Shown: positions 23,137 to 36,226, counted from the stretch's first letter. The stretch: DNA of 64,000 nt from Azolla caroliniana (GCA_043228905.1 JBHGNT010000001.1:11532001-11596000), one strand, 5' to 3'. A program made the numbers and translations. The notes: generated from the letters alone by a model not told the origin.

Positions 23137-24750
23137 GTGTATTTTCTGAGCTTTCCATTGAACCTTCGTCTAGTTTCTGTTGCTATTCGGTTGTAACCGG
23201 TTGTGTCATTTAGCTTCTGTATGCTATTCTTCTCAAGGATAATGCAGGAAAAGTGTTGGGCCTGCGAACTCGCCTTGCCTGGGGTAAATTGGATAATGGG
23301 CCAACTACATCTATAAGAACTTGGACTCAATTTCAGCAAATGCCACAAGAAGATCGACTTGCACATCGACATTCAGTTCATGGTGCCAAGGTAATGATTG
23401 CTAGCATATTAGCAACATATCCTTCATTTTCTACAACCTTCCAACCTAGGCAGGAACATCGATGGTTTGGATGCTTAACAAATGATAAATTGATGGTTGT
23501 TAATGGTGTTTCACCTAACGGGTACGTTTCTTATTTTGAGGTCCTAGACAACAATAGATTGCAATCTTATACCTTTGATTGTAGTTACCTACAGGACTTG
23601 CAAAGTGCAACAGTTAGAGTGGTTGCTAAAACTAGAAAGAAATGGATGCTTCATCCTTACCCTTCAATTGCTCATATGTGTGATATCTTGTGGTTAACGC
23701 AAAAGACCCCGTTGCAAGATTAACATGGCATCCGAGGGGTTGGCTTTGGTCACATTCATTGGGGAAAATATCGTAAAAGTCCCCTTCTTTCAGTACTCAG
23801 TAAAACTTGGAAGATCGTTACTACTCTCTCGGAATGTAACGATACTAGCAACTCAGAAACATTGGACCAACTGGGGTGTCTCAACTTTGCATTTGAGAAC
23901 CTATTGGAGATGGATCTAGTCATTTAAGGGGCCAACTAAATTTATTCTCTTTCGATGGCTATTAGTGCATATGGCGCTACTAGTTGGTCATTCATTGAAA
24001 GGGAATGTAGCACCCAATTTGCGGCAATGTGGCTTTTGCCATGAAGCTCAGGAGAATACCAAGCATGTCCTATGGTTTTATCCCTTCACTCAATAAGTAT
24101 GGAATAAAGTCATGCCTTTATTCCTAACAATCAATGCCGATTGCCTATTCTCATGGGGATCTGCAAAGTGGGGAGTGTTACATTCCAGCTTGATGCTGTA
24201 TGAGGCAAACAATGTTCATGAGGCAAGGCAGTACATAATAGAAGATTGATATTAGTTAGTCCCTTTCAACAACCTCGAATGCAAGTGCAACCTTGCCAGA
24301 TTTGGAAAACAGTGACCATAGTAATGTTATGGGCATTATGGAAATGTCGATGTAACCAACTTTATGATGCGGTAGACATTCATTTCTTAGATGTGCTGCT
24401 TGAGATATGGGAGAACTTGTTGGCAGTAGTCCGTGGCCAGTACGATAATATGCATGGTTCCCCAAAGACTGTGAACAAGAGAAGGAAAAAGTTTCTTCAC
24501 TTATGGAAAAAGTTTCCCCTATTTATAGAGTCAACTCAAGAGCCTCAATGGCACTATCGACTTCCATGGACTCTTTCTTGAATATCAACAAGTTCCAACA
24601 CCTTCTACAAAGTTCGATATTTGGTCCTAGGATTATTTTACATCATTGTACATAAAAAGTTGTAAGCTTCTGGGCAACTAGGTTCAAGTTGTTGCCTTCG
24701 GGCATTTTTTTCTTAATACTATAGAAGAAAATCTTTTTATAAAAAAAAAG
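21909..24750 (+). mobile_element. 5'-truncated L1-like LINE (family X, copy 1) with a nested solo LTR
   Basis: RYLGC..LSFAG..VANTILLASMW RT tail, zf-RVT, poly(A) at 24741-24749, 14-bp TSD GAATGAGGGCACTC at 21895-21908 and 24751-24764. Confidence 0.9.
22559..23235. mobile_element. Solo LTR (677 bp) inside LINE copy 1
   Basis: Absent from paralogous copy 2 (TTTCGGGATAATGC). Flanks GAGAT/AGGAT look like decayed GGGAT TSDs. Ends are TA(TG-derived)..CA, with an internal ~200-bp tandem duplication and (CT)n. Confidence 0.75.
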
Positions 24751-26467
24751 GAATGAGGGCACTCCTTGTATATAATGCACACACACGCTTGGCTCTTTGT
24801 TTTTAATAATGGACAAGTATATTTCTTTGAAAGGGGTTTTCTTCATGAAAGGCTTTATAAATCCCTAAGATATTCTATAAAATTTCTATTTTTGAACTAC
24901 ATGTGGTATAATCTTAATTAGTAACAACTTGTTTTGCCTTAAAAGTAATATTTGTATACTTGTGTTAGTTTAAAAGGTATGCATGGGATGTATTTTGTAT
25001 ATGTATAGCATTGTAGCCATATAGACCTATTATTATTTTGCAATGAAAGCTATCGGTATGTCTTCCATGTTCTAGGAAAAAACCAAAGGAACTTCTAGTT
25101 GATGTTAATTTTGTGGTTGTTAGGGGAGGTGGTTGTCACTAATCAGATGGTGTGACTACTTGGCTAGCTTGATAGTCATAAGTACTCCAACTACCCATGC
25201 TTTGTATAATTTCTTCACTTTGACATTAGTATCACTAATTAGTAATCAAATTGATCAACATTAATAAGGATGATTACTAAAGTTTGAACATTCATGAAAG
25301 TAAAAATTAATATTTTGATATTCTTCCCAAAAGCAACTTTTACATTATTGTGATGGCAATTTTCCTTTTTGGCCTTTCTCTTTATCCATTTTTTGCCCCT
25401 AAATCCTTTCATGCTCTCTAATTCCTTTTACTAGCATGTACTCTTTTCCACAACTTTTACATGCACATCTTGATTCAACCCTAACATTGTCCTAGGTAGT
25501 GGTTCTAGATAAGTGATTATCAAGAGTGATGGTGACTCAGCACTCATAGAAGCCCCTTCCTATAACTTCATATACAAGCATCACAAGGTCTTTGAAGATG
25601 TTTCCAAGTTCCTCGTAATCATTCACAATTCCCATATCCAAACTTTCCACTAGTGTCAAGATCTCAAGACATTTTCTTCACGGTGCCATTCTAATAGGAG
25701 TGTAAAAAAATGATACAAATGACTTTCCATTGAAGTTTGTATATCAAAATAAATTAAAAACGTGATTCATCATCAATGATGCTAGCTAATTCTTTAGTTC
25801 AGCCACATCTTGAGGGGAAAAAACGTGCTTCAAGGGAAAACACAAGGAATTAAAATATTTTCCTTAACAACCATATAAGCATTGTCTTTTGACATCACAA
25901 TTCCTTTCATCATCATTTTGTATACTATTTATTACCATTAAATCTTTGATGCAAGAGGAAAAAATCTTGAAGAGCCAAAATAGCAGGGGTGGTAAAAAAA
26001 AGTGGCAATTTATACAAAGGTGAGAGAGGTTATGGATACATATCATGCAGAAACTAAAATGGCAAGGTTCTCTAAAAACCCATTTTAAAAAACGAGGAAA
26101 TATGAGTAGGGGCCTCCTGTGAAGAAAACCTTGAGAAGTCTTTGTCATATAGTACATGTATCCTCGTTTAGAGGATTGTATAAAATGTATACGTAAGCAA
26201 ACTTTTGAATAAATTCTGATTTGAGATCGAGGAGTTTGCAAGCCATGCAAACGAATCATATTATTAATCGAGAACCAGAAACCCCCAAAAAGGAGTCAAC
26301 TACACATAACATGGCCTTGTGTGTGTGTTAGTTCTCTTCACCAATCTTGATCCTCCCCATTCAATGGCTAGTGCTATGTTTAAGATGCTATTTCAACAAT
26401 ATACGCCTAATAAACTGATGAGAACTTTGACTACTAGCTTCTCTACTCTATGCTCCATGTTCATGAA

Positions 26468-29400
26468 TCATATGGAAGACAATGAGTTTATGCCACCTAT
26501 CCTTTGATAAGAAATAGTTTTTTCCTCCATGCACATAGCAAGAGAACCAACTCCCAACAAATCCAATGTTGTTCTATCACCTTCGTGTTTGTCAGTTCCT
26601 TGTAACCCTTCTAGCCCTGCCAAGATTGTACTATTATTTGACACCTTAGAAACACCCAATAATAGCATGTGATTATCTCTGTGAGCATCATCGAAAGGAC
26701 TGTCTGGGTTTGTCAATAAAGATGTAACATTTGCTGATGTGGCCTTAGGTAATCCTTGAATCCTTGCTTTTCTATCATCGTAAAGGGAACCTTGTGTGGA
26801 TGCTCCACTTTCATGAGAAAATTGATCCAAGTTCTGAACTCTATTTGTGGACGAAATAGTGGTAAATCCACCATGCCACATGCTTGAAAAGGTAGGCCCT
26901 GCCCATGAATCTTGATCACTTCCTCCTGATATCATATTAGATAGTGCATTCCTGCCTATTAGACCAAAGTTTCGTAATAGATACGGATTGCTTGATGTTG
27001 CACCCATCATTGCTGCTTTCTGAAGCAGAGAGGTGGCAGGCATTTGACCGTTGGCTGTATTATACCGGTGATGATTATTTGATGGTTTTGATAGATTGCC
27101 AATAAAATAACTTTGGCTAACATTGGTGCTACTGTAAGGGAGGGTTTCAACAATAACCTTATCTGTGTGTGGCCTAACATCATTCAAAACATGATACCGT
27201 TCCAAAACTTCAGTATTATTACTACTGCCTGAAGTTAACATCCTTGTAAGTGTACCTGAATCATGTGAGAGCAATGGCCGTTGGTTTCTAGCTTCGTTTT
27301 CTGTAAGTGTAACTTGGGTAATTTGATTCATCCCTTTGAATGGTTTGGCTCTATCTGCTTCAGGTAATGCCCCCAGAGATGGTCCAGGTCCCAAACATAG
27401 TGATAATGGTATTGGGCCTTTATTTGCCTTGTCCAGTTGTGCTCTACCATCTTGTATCCAGTTTGGTGAAACTGATGGTATCCCTCTTTCACTTAAAGCA
27501 CAATTAGGTTGATTGAAATCTTTGCTAGGCTTGTAAGACTGTTCACCTGTACCATCTTGCATCCATTTTGGTGCTACAGATACCGCTGGCATTGTGCTGT
27601 CATCCAAAGCACAATTAGGTTGCTTGAAATCTTTGCTAGGCTTGTAAGACTGTTCACCTGTACCATCTTGCATCCACTTTGGTGCTACAGATACCGCTGG
27701 CATTGTGCTGTCATCCAAAGCACAGTGTGGTTTAAAAAAATTTCTTGGCTTGTAAGATTGCACTCCTACACCATCTTGTATCCATTCTGATGATAATGAT
27801 GATATTCCATTTTCTTCCAAATCACAGTTGGATTGTATGAAACCAAATTTGCTAGGATTATCAGGTTGTGCCCCTGTACCCATTTGTATCCGCTTTGATG
27901 ATACTAATAACATCCCATTTTCATCCATATCACAGTTGGGTTGTTTGATTAAGAATTTTCTTGGCTGGTAAGGTTGTGCTCCTACATCATCTTGTGTCAT
28001 CTTGAGTGATACTGATGAAATGGTGCTTTCCTCCAGAGCACATTTAGGTTGTTCAAAAGCCTCTTCTAAAGGAAGGTGTTTAAAAGTCTCCTTTACCAAA
28101 CCTGATCCGAAATTCTCTTTTATGGGAGGCTGTTTGAGATTCTCTTTTATGGAAGTTTGTTTGAAAACCTCTTTTACAAGAGGTGGCTTGAAATTCTCTT
28201 TTATTGGAGTTTCACCAATGTCCACATCAGGTGAGCTGCATGTGAGCTGGGATGGAGTAGTGGGAGCATCAATTGTGCTTGAAAGTTCTCCAGTTCGAAC
28301 CGATGGAGAATTGTTTTCGTGCCAACCATCATCTGATTGCTGGCTATTAGCCTTTTTGGGAGTTCCCTCTTTTGCATTCTCTTCGGCCAATGCACCACAG
28401 AATGCTCGATGAGTAATGAAACTGTCCCTCCTGCATTTCAGCAGATACTATCTCTATCGGTTGCAAATCGAGATAACCGACACAATGACAATGTATCTGA
28501 ATTGAGATAAGCAACAAAATAGCAACGTATCTGAATTGACACAAACCCATAAATTGGTGATGTATTGGCACATTAGATGAAATGAAAGAAAGCCATAATT
28601 GTAAAGCAACCAAATTCAAACTGTTTTCTAGAATATAGACTACAACACGTTTGTGTCAGGAGTTCTAAAGGCATTGTAGAAATTAAAATAGCTTAAAAAA
28701 ACTTGGTTCCTTCCTAATATTCAATAACTTGGATAAATCAACAAAACTAACTGATCTCAGGGACTAGAGGAAATGCAAAAACTAGAAGTCATTACCACTA
28801 AATATGATGTATGGTTTGTTTCCTGAAATACACTTACATACATGCCTACAAACACAATGTGACCATTCCGGTGATTGGGTTTCTATCTTCTGTTTTGTTT
28901 TTTAAATATCATATACACATACATACACATATGCACATATTGGGCCGTCTTGGTGATTGAACTACTGCACATGTTTTTCAATCCAGATTCCACATACTCA
29001 CCCACACAAATTGACCATTTTGGTAAGTGACCAACAAAAGTAGATGCATACAAATAAACACAATATTGATCATATCTGTGATTTTGCGTTTCTATGTATG
29101 TTATGTTTCCTTTACAGATCCAGATACACATAAGACACACACAACCCAACCATTTTTGTGATTGAGATTCTACATATCTAACTATGTAATTTTTTGTTTT
29201 GCTATTCAGACTTCACACACACAAATGACCATTTCATTTTAGTTATTTTGTATATATCAGTATGCTTCATTTTGTTTTTTGATCCTCCTACAGACATGCA
29301 CACATACATGATGCATATAAGTATCAATTAATAGAAAGAACATGAAACTATGGTTGGTTAAAAATGATCCTACAGTGATGAAATTTTTAACCAAGAAATC

Positions 29401-31787
29401 CAAACCAACCTTGAGAACAAGGTTCCACAATCACATCGATATTCACGGGTCCCACACACTTTCTTGTGAGCTTTCCAATCTGATTGGACAGCATATCTCT
29501 TAGAGCATTTCTCACACTTCCACTTCTTCTCACCATGCTTTCTCGAGTAATGTTTCTTAATGCCAGTAAGGTCACCAAGGGCCCTTGATGGATCATGATG
29601 TATGCATAAGATCTCTGGACACACATAGACCTTCTTTCTTATGTCTTGCCCCTCCCTTTGCTTGAGTTTCCATGGAAGATTGTGACCTCTTCTGTGAAGC
29701 TGAAGATTTTGATCCCTCTGGAAACCTTTACCACATACATCACATGAGAACCTATTTGTTGCCATTAGGGTTCTTGGTGATAGTGCAATCACCGCTGCCT
29801 CTGGATCTGCAAAAGCAAATGCAATGTTTACAGACCATACATTGAAAAGTTCTTCTCATAGAAGAATCTAAAACAACTTATAGATCACAATAAATCTGAA
29901 TTGGTTGCACCAAAAAAGACCACCACAAGATACATAGTTATTTCCTTAAACTGTTCATTAAGACACCTATTAAAACAACAAATTTTGACATGGATGGCTA
30001 TAAGAATAAAAAATTTAACCACCTTTAGATAACCATAAAATGTAGATTAGTTGCATGAATTCATCCATAATTTAGTGAAACACAGATTAACACAACCCAT
30101 TTCAATAATAATAGTTATCCAAAATCTAAATCATTATATAGATGGTCATAAATCTGGGAAAAGACCAAGAAACGCATAGTTCCAATGTCATTAACATGGA
30201 CCATTTTAAAAATGGATGATTATAAGATTACAAATTTAAAACCAGATATAGATGTCCAAAAATATGGATAAAAATAGATCAAGGAAAACACAGTTCCACT
30301 TGTAATAGAGACATTAAAACACAGATTAACACAGCTCATGTGAACAAGGATGGTTATAAGAATCCAAAATCTAAATTACGCTATACATAGCCATAAATCT
30401 AGCGTGGTTGCCCAAAACAAGATCAAGGAAAGCATGGTTTTAAGCATAAATCTAGATTAACACAGTCTATTTCAGAAAAGGAATGGTCATAAAAATCTAA
30501 AATCTAAAACCAGCTATAGATAGACATATTCTTGATTAGTTTCCCATGAAAAATATAGTTTCACCCATAAACTAGTCATTAAAGCACGGATTGATGCATC
30601 CCATTTCAGTAGATAGACATAAAATCTGAATCGGTTGCTCGAAAAAGAATAAAATAACATAGTTTCATCCATAAAATACAGATTAACACAAACAACCTCG
30701 TCTATAATAATGAAATATTTACACCTAGCTATATTAGACCAAAGAGCTGGGTTAGTTATCCAAAACAAGCTCAAAGCAAGCATAGTTTCATCCATAGAAT
30801 AGTCAAGAAAACACTGATTAAAAGATGGAAACTATGGTTATAATAATGAAATATTTCCTCTGTGCTAGATACCCAAAACAGGATCAAAGAAAGCATATTT
30901 TAATCCATAACCTAATCGTTAAATCATGGATTAACAGACAGAAACTGTGGTTACAAGAATAGAAGATTTAAAATGATATGTACATAGAGATTGAGTTAGC
31001 TGCGCTAAAAGGATCAAAGAAAGAATAGTTTCATTCATAAACTAGCAGCTAAAAACCAACGTAAATATCCATTATTATTATGAAGATCTAGAATTCAAAT
31101 CAGCTATAGATAGCCATAAATTTTGATAAATTGCCTAGAGAAAGGATCAAGGAAAGCTGGATTGGTACATAAAGTAGTCACTAAAACTGGTCATGCGCAT
31201 TATTGTTATAAAATGAGAGCTAAGATCCGCTCTAGATAGAAACACATCAATGCAAATATAATGGAAAGCAGAGATTCATCCAAAAACACACCTCAATTCA
31301 TCAATGTTCTCATGAAAGGTTAAAAAGGCTAAATCCAGCTAAAGATGTCCATAAAATCTAGATCACTTATGTAAAAAGTGTCAAGGCAAGCATAATTTGA
31401 TTCATAAACTAGTCATCAAGTCATAGATGAGCGTACACAGCATCAAATGAGATCGATTAAAAAGAACCCAAATCACAGGATCTGTCATTAAAAACCTTAA
31501 ATTTCACAAAGAGTTAATCATTAGAATAGATCATGTCTGTTAAAGATAGATCAAACAATGTTAAATATAAATAAAGTTGTATTAAAAATAGATCAATTTG
31601 ATATCATTCTTTGTTAAATGATAGATAATTTCTGTGCAAGACACATGGATTAATATTAGATAATAGATCAGGCTTTTGTTAAAAATATGATAATCTCAAC
31701 AGATTCATTACCTGGAGTACCAGGGAGGTTTCTCTTTTTCTTCTTAATTACCGAGGCTTCTTCCATAGCTGCACAGACAGAAGACAT
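26468..31787 (-). CDS. IDD: INDETERMINATE DOMAIN (IDD/BIRD) C2H2 zinc-finger transcription factor; exons 31787-31712, 29806-29410, 28430-26468 (about 811 aa)
   Basis: KKKRNLPGTPDP-EAAVIALSP..FSCDVCGKGFQRDQNLQLHRRGHNLPW..YRCDCGTLFSRRDSFITHRAFC; C-terminal MPATSLLQKAA (MSATALLQKAA motif) and TTLDLLGV (TRDFLG-like); GT-AG introns in consistent phase. Confidence 0.95.
27420..28210 (-). repeat. Coding tandem repeats in IDD exon 3 (about 9-aa units, then six 34-37-aa units)
   Basis: Near-perfect 111-bp duplication at about 27500-27721, plus diverged units. Confidence 0.9.
29870..31420. repeat. Degenerate minisatellite (about 110-140 bp period) in IDD intron 1
   Basis: Recurrent GATCAAGGAAAGCATAGTT-like and ACAGATTAACAC-like blocks at about 30163, 30277, 30421, 30770, 30882, 31012, 31145 and 31380. 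Confidence 0.7.
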
Positions 31788-34376
31788 ATTGGTATACAAC
31801 TATTTCCCTGCTTCTTCTTCTTCTTCTTCTTCTTCTTCTGTTGCTGCTGCTGCTGCACTTTCATTAAATCGAAAAGTTATGGTCAGTAATTACCATATTG
31901 AGTAATGTGTACTTTTTAGGGCGGGGGTTAAAAATGGTTAATACCAGATTTTGGTTACGATTTAACAATCACTTAAAGAGCTAATGCAATATGTACATAC
32001 ATACATACATACATATATACATACTCCTATACATACATACATATATACATACACGATACATGCATATATACATACATACACGGTAATAATCAGGTTACTA
32101 CATACATAGATACGTATATACATACATACATACCAACATGATGCGCTCCGTGGACTGCTCATGGAACTTTACCATCACCGTATGCTAGGCCCCCCAATCT
32201 TAATTAACGGTGTAATTGTATTGAGTGCCAGTTCCTCAATCTTCGGTAGATGGTGGAGTGTTGAAACCATAGTTGAGCATTGTTGTGCACATCAACATGT
32301 GCAGACCCAAACATTAGATGTTCCCTCGAGGGTTAATGACTCAAGTCATATTCATGGTAATAAGGTCAATTCGTCAACCATCGACTCCGGCCATCGACTT
32401 GGCCTCACACAAACTAAAGCATCCTAAATATTTTGTTGTGGGTTACAAATCCCAACCTTGAAGCATGTTATTTCATGTTTATGGCTTAGAACCACAAAAC
32501 ATGTTGAGTTGATCAATTATACCTTATTGCCTCATCATGGAAATCTAGTATCGATCACATTTGTCGAGGTTTTAAAGGAATCGCTTTGCATGTAGAAGTG
32601 CAATCACAAGATTTATGCCAAGTTTTCATCATTCTTCCACCAAAATGGCCAACATGTTGAATCGTCATTGTTTGGGCTAAGCAATATTATTTGTATATTA
32701 ATGGATGCAATTGTGATACTTGACATATTTCAAACAACAACAATGATCTAGAGAAATTTGGAACACATCAACTAGTACACCTAGCCCATCATCTTGATCG
32801 AGTTGTCACCAACATTTCAACTTCATCATTCAAAGACATGCATGTTTGCAAATGGCCATTGTTTGAATAGTTCAACTAGCCTCCACAATGATCACATTGT
32901 CAAAATCCAAATGCATTGTTTTTTGAGTTAGATGTGCAATATGGCGTATTCAAAAACATAAGCTATTAGGTTGAAAAACACGATGAAGCATTCAAGTGGC
33001 AAGGTAAAAGAAGATATTGGACTTAATCAGCCCTTCTTGCCAATTCTCTATTTCGGGATAATGCAGGGAAAGTGTTGGGCATGAGAACTCACCTTGCCTG
33101 GGGTAAATTGGATATTAGGCCTGTTGCATCTGTAAGAACTTGGACTCAATTTCAGCAAATGTCACAAGAAGATCGTCTTGCACATTTACAATCTGTTCAT
33201 GGTGCCAAGATAATGACTACTAGCATATTAGTAGCATATTCTTCGTTTTCTAGAACCTTCCAACCCAAGCAAGAACATATGTGGTTTGGATGCTTCATAA
33301 ATGACATAATGATGGTTGTCAAGGGTGTTTCACCTAATGAGTGTGCTTCTTATTTTCAGGTCCTAGATAACCATAGATTACAATTTACAACCTTATACCT
33401 TTGATTGCAATTATCTATAGCACTTTGCGAAGTGCACCAATCAGAGTGATTGCTAAAACTGGAAAGAAATGGATGCTCGATCCTTATCCTTCAATTGCTC
33501 ATATGTGTGATATGTTGTGGTTATACGCAAAAGACCCTGTTGTAAGATTAACATGGGATCCGGGGGGTGCTGCTACTGGAAAACCTACTGGAGATGGATT
33601 TGGTCATTTAAGGGGACAACTAAATTTATTCTCTTCAAATGGCTATTAGTGCATACATCACTACCAGTTGGTCATTCATTGAAAGGCAATGTAATACCCA
33701 ATCTTTGGCAATGTGACGTTTGCCATGAAGCTCAAGAGACTGCCAATCATGTCCTCTGGTCATGTCCTGTGGCTCAACAAGTATGGAATAAAGTCCTTTC
33801 GTTATTCTTAACAATCAATGTCGGTTGTCTATTTTCATGGGGATCAACAATGTGGGGAGTGTTACATTCCAGCTTGATGTTGTATGAGGTAGATGATGTT
33901 CAATAGGCAATGATGGTACATAATAGAATATTGATATTAGTTAGCTCCTTTTAGCAACCTCGAAAGTAAGTGTGATCTGTCTAGTTTTGGAAAACAATGA
34001 CTACGATAACGTTAAGGTCATTATGGAAATGTCGATGCAACCGACTTTATGATGCGGTAGATCAACGTCTCTCAAATGTCTTGCTTGAGATATGGGAGAA
34101 CTTGCTGGCAGTAGTCTGTGGCTAGTACGACAATATGCATGGTTCCCTAGAGACTGTGAATAAGAGAAGGAAAAAACTTATTCACTTATGGAAAAATTTG
34201 ACCTTGTTTACAGAGTCAACTCAAGGGCCTCAATGGCACTATCGACTTCCATGAACCCTTTCTTGAATATCAGTCAATTATGGTAGTGTGTAACAACAAA
34301 TTCTAACACCTTCTACAAAATCCTATATTTGGTCTTACGATTACTATACATCCTCGTACATAAAAAATTGTAAGCT

Positions 34377-36034
34377 AATCGAAAAAGAAGGAGAATTCAA
34401 CGAGTATGGTCATCTATTCCTATCATGTTGGATGCATGCGCTGATGTTAAGAGGACGTAACTAAGAACATGAGTTAAGATGGAGGAAGTGGTTGTGGCAT
34501 ATAGGAATGAAGATGATTTTGGTAGTAATCTCTGAGATGGTTGACGCGGATAATGAAGCATAACTTTTAGTTTAGATAAGGATGAGTGATGATGTTGGTG
34601 GGGGTTGAAGCAAATTTTCATGAGGAGAGGTAGAGAGTACACTCATGTTGTTTTTGTAGGTATAAGATTTTGGTGATAATCGGCGACAACGAGATGGTTG
34701 ATGTGGACTTGAGGAAGCTAATTTTTTGTTTTTTTATCAGGATGAGTGATGATGGTGTGAGGGTTGAAGCATATTATCATGAGGAGGTGAGGAAAAGCTT
34801 TTTTAGATTCATTTGTTGTCAGTACATGATTTTGGTGGTAATCGATGAGATGGTGAGACTATTGATGTAAGACGATTTTTGCGGTAATCTCTGAGATGGT
34901 TGATGCGGACAATGAAGCATATTTTTTAGTTTAGATAAGGATGAGTGATGATGTTGGCAGGGGTTGAAGCATATTTTCATTAGGAGAGGTAGAGAGTACG
35001 TTCATGTTGTTTTTGTAGGTACAAGATTTTGGTGATAATCGGCGACATCGAGATGGTTGATGTGGACTTGAGGAAGCTGATTTTCTATTTTTTCATCAGG
35101 ATGAGTGATGATGGTGTGAGGGTTGAAGCATATTATCATGATGAGGTGCGGAAAAGTTTTGTTGTTGTTTGTACAGGATTTTGGTGGTAATTGGTGAGAT
35201 GGCAAGATGGTCGGCGAGATGGTTGATATGGACTGAACGAAGCAAATTTTATGTTTCTCATAAGGATGAGTGATGATGGCGTCAGGGATTAAAGCATATT
35301 TCCACGAGGAGGGGTAAAAAAATTTGGTGATAATCAAAGAGAGTATTTTCTCAATGGTCGTGGAGATGAAGATGGTTGGTTTCGACATGGGAGACGATAG
35401 TCGTGGGCTAATCAAGGCGGCCCACTAAGTTTTATTACAAGGTGGAGAATAGGTTAAAGGAAAACAAAGGAAAATTGTTCTCATTAGGGAACCAGAGGAC
35501 ATGCTCACATTCGAATGGAGGATAAACTACTATGTTCATTACATGATTTGGAGGTAATGGCGAGATGGTTGATGTGGAAAGATGAAGCATACTTCTTGAG
35601 TTTTTGATAAGGGTGAGTGTTGCCTGCTCAAAGATGGGTAATTGGGACAAAGGTCAAGGAGATTGTTAAAGATGGGTACAAAAGAGATCGATCTCTTGGT
35701 AATGCTTTAATAGACATATACGCAAAATGTGCCTCGCTTATGCAATCACGACTTGTATTGAGGATCTACAAAGTCAAGATGGGATATTTGTGTATGTGTC
35801 CTTCAAAAGTGAGATGTAATGGCATGCAATATACTTATAATTGGGTATGTGGAACATGGACCTACTTTGTGGATATCCTGAGTATGGTATGTTGGTATGG
35901 TTATGTTGAAGATCTTCAGTACATGTTGAACCAGATGCAACCAGAGGGTTGGAATTGTTTTGTATATTGTAGCTCATATGCCTTTTAAAAAACTAATGGA
36001 AGTATATTTTGTTTTGAAAAATAATAATAATAAT
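34377..36034 (+). mobile_element. Non-autonomous retroposon: tandem-repeat body, PPR fragment and LINE-like 3' end with (AAT)n tail
   Basis: TSD ATTGTAAGCT / ATTGTAATCT at 34367-34376 and 36035-36044; the 3' end matches that of the LINE ending at 48276. Confidence 0.75.
35622..35950 (+). pseudogene. PLS-class pentatricopeptide-repeat (PPR) gene fragment
   Basis: ACSKMGNWDKGQ / EIVKDGYKRDRSLGNALIDIYAKCASL / MLNQMQPEG motifs with indels. Confidence 0.75.
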
Positions 36035-36226
36035 ATTGTAATCTTCTGGGCAGACAAACTCAAGTTGTAGCCTTCGGGTGTTTTTCCTTAATACTACTGA
36101 AGAAAATCTTTGATGAAGAAAAAAAAAGATATTGGGGTGAGGGAACCTTAACCATATTCTGTGTCACAAAGTTTGAAAATATATTTATCTCCCATATTCT
36201 AAGAGTTAATGGGGTTGGAAGGATAT

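Larger units (their letters stand above)
33021..36125 (+). mobile_element. 5'-truncated L1-like LINE (family X, copy 2) with a nested 1.66 kb insertion
   Basis: Colinear with 22520-24750; poly(A) to about 36125; 10-bp TSD AAGATATTGG at 33011-33020 and 36126-36135. Confidence 0.88.

Noticed and set aside
26468-28390. Stand-alone 640-aa gene
   Set aside because: It is exon 3 of the IDD gene and splices in frame to the zinc-finger exons.
32190-33000. Possible hAT transposase relic on the minus strand
   Set aside because: Only isolated short motifs among many stops; cannot be supported by eye.
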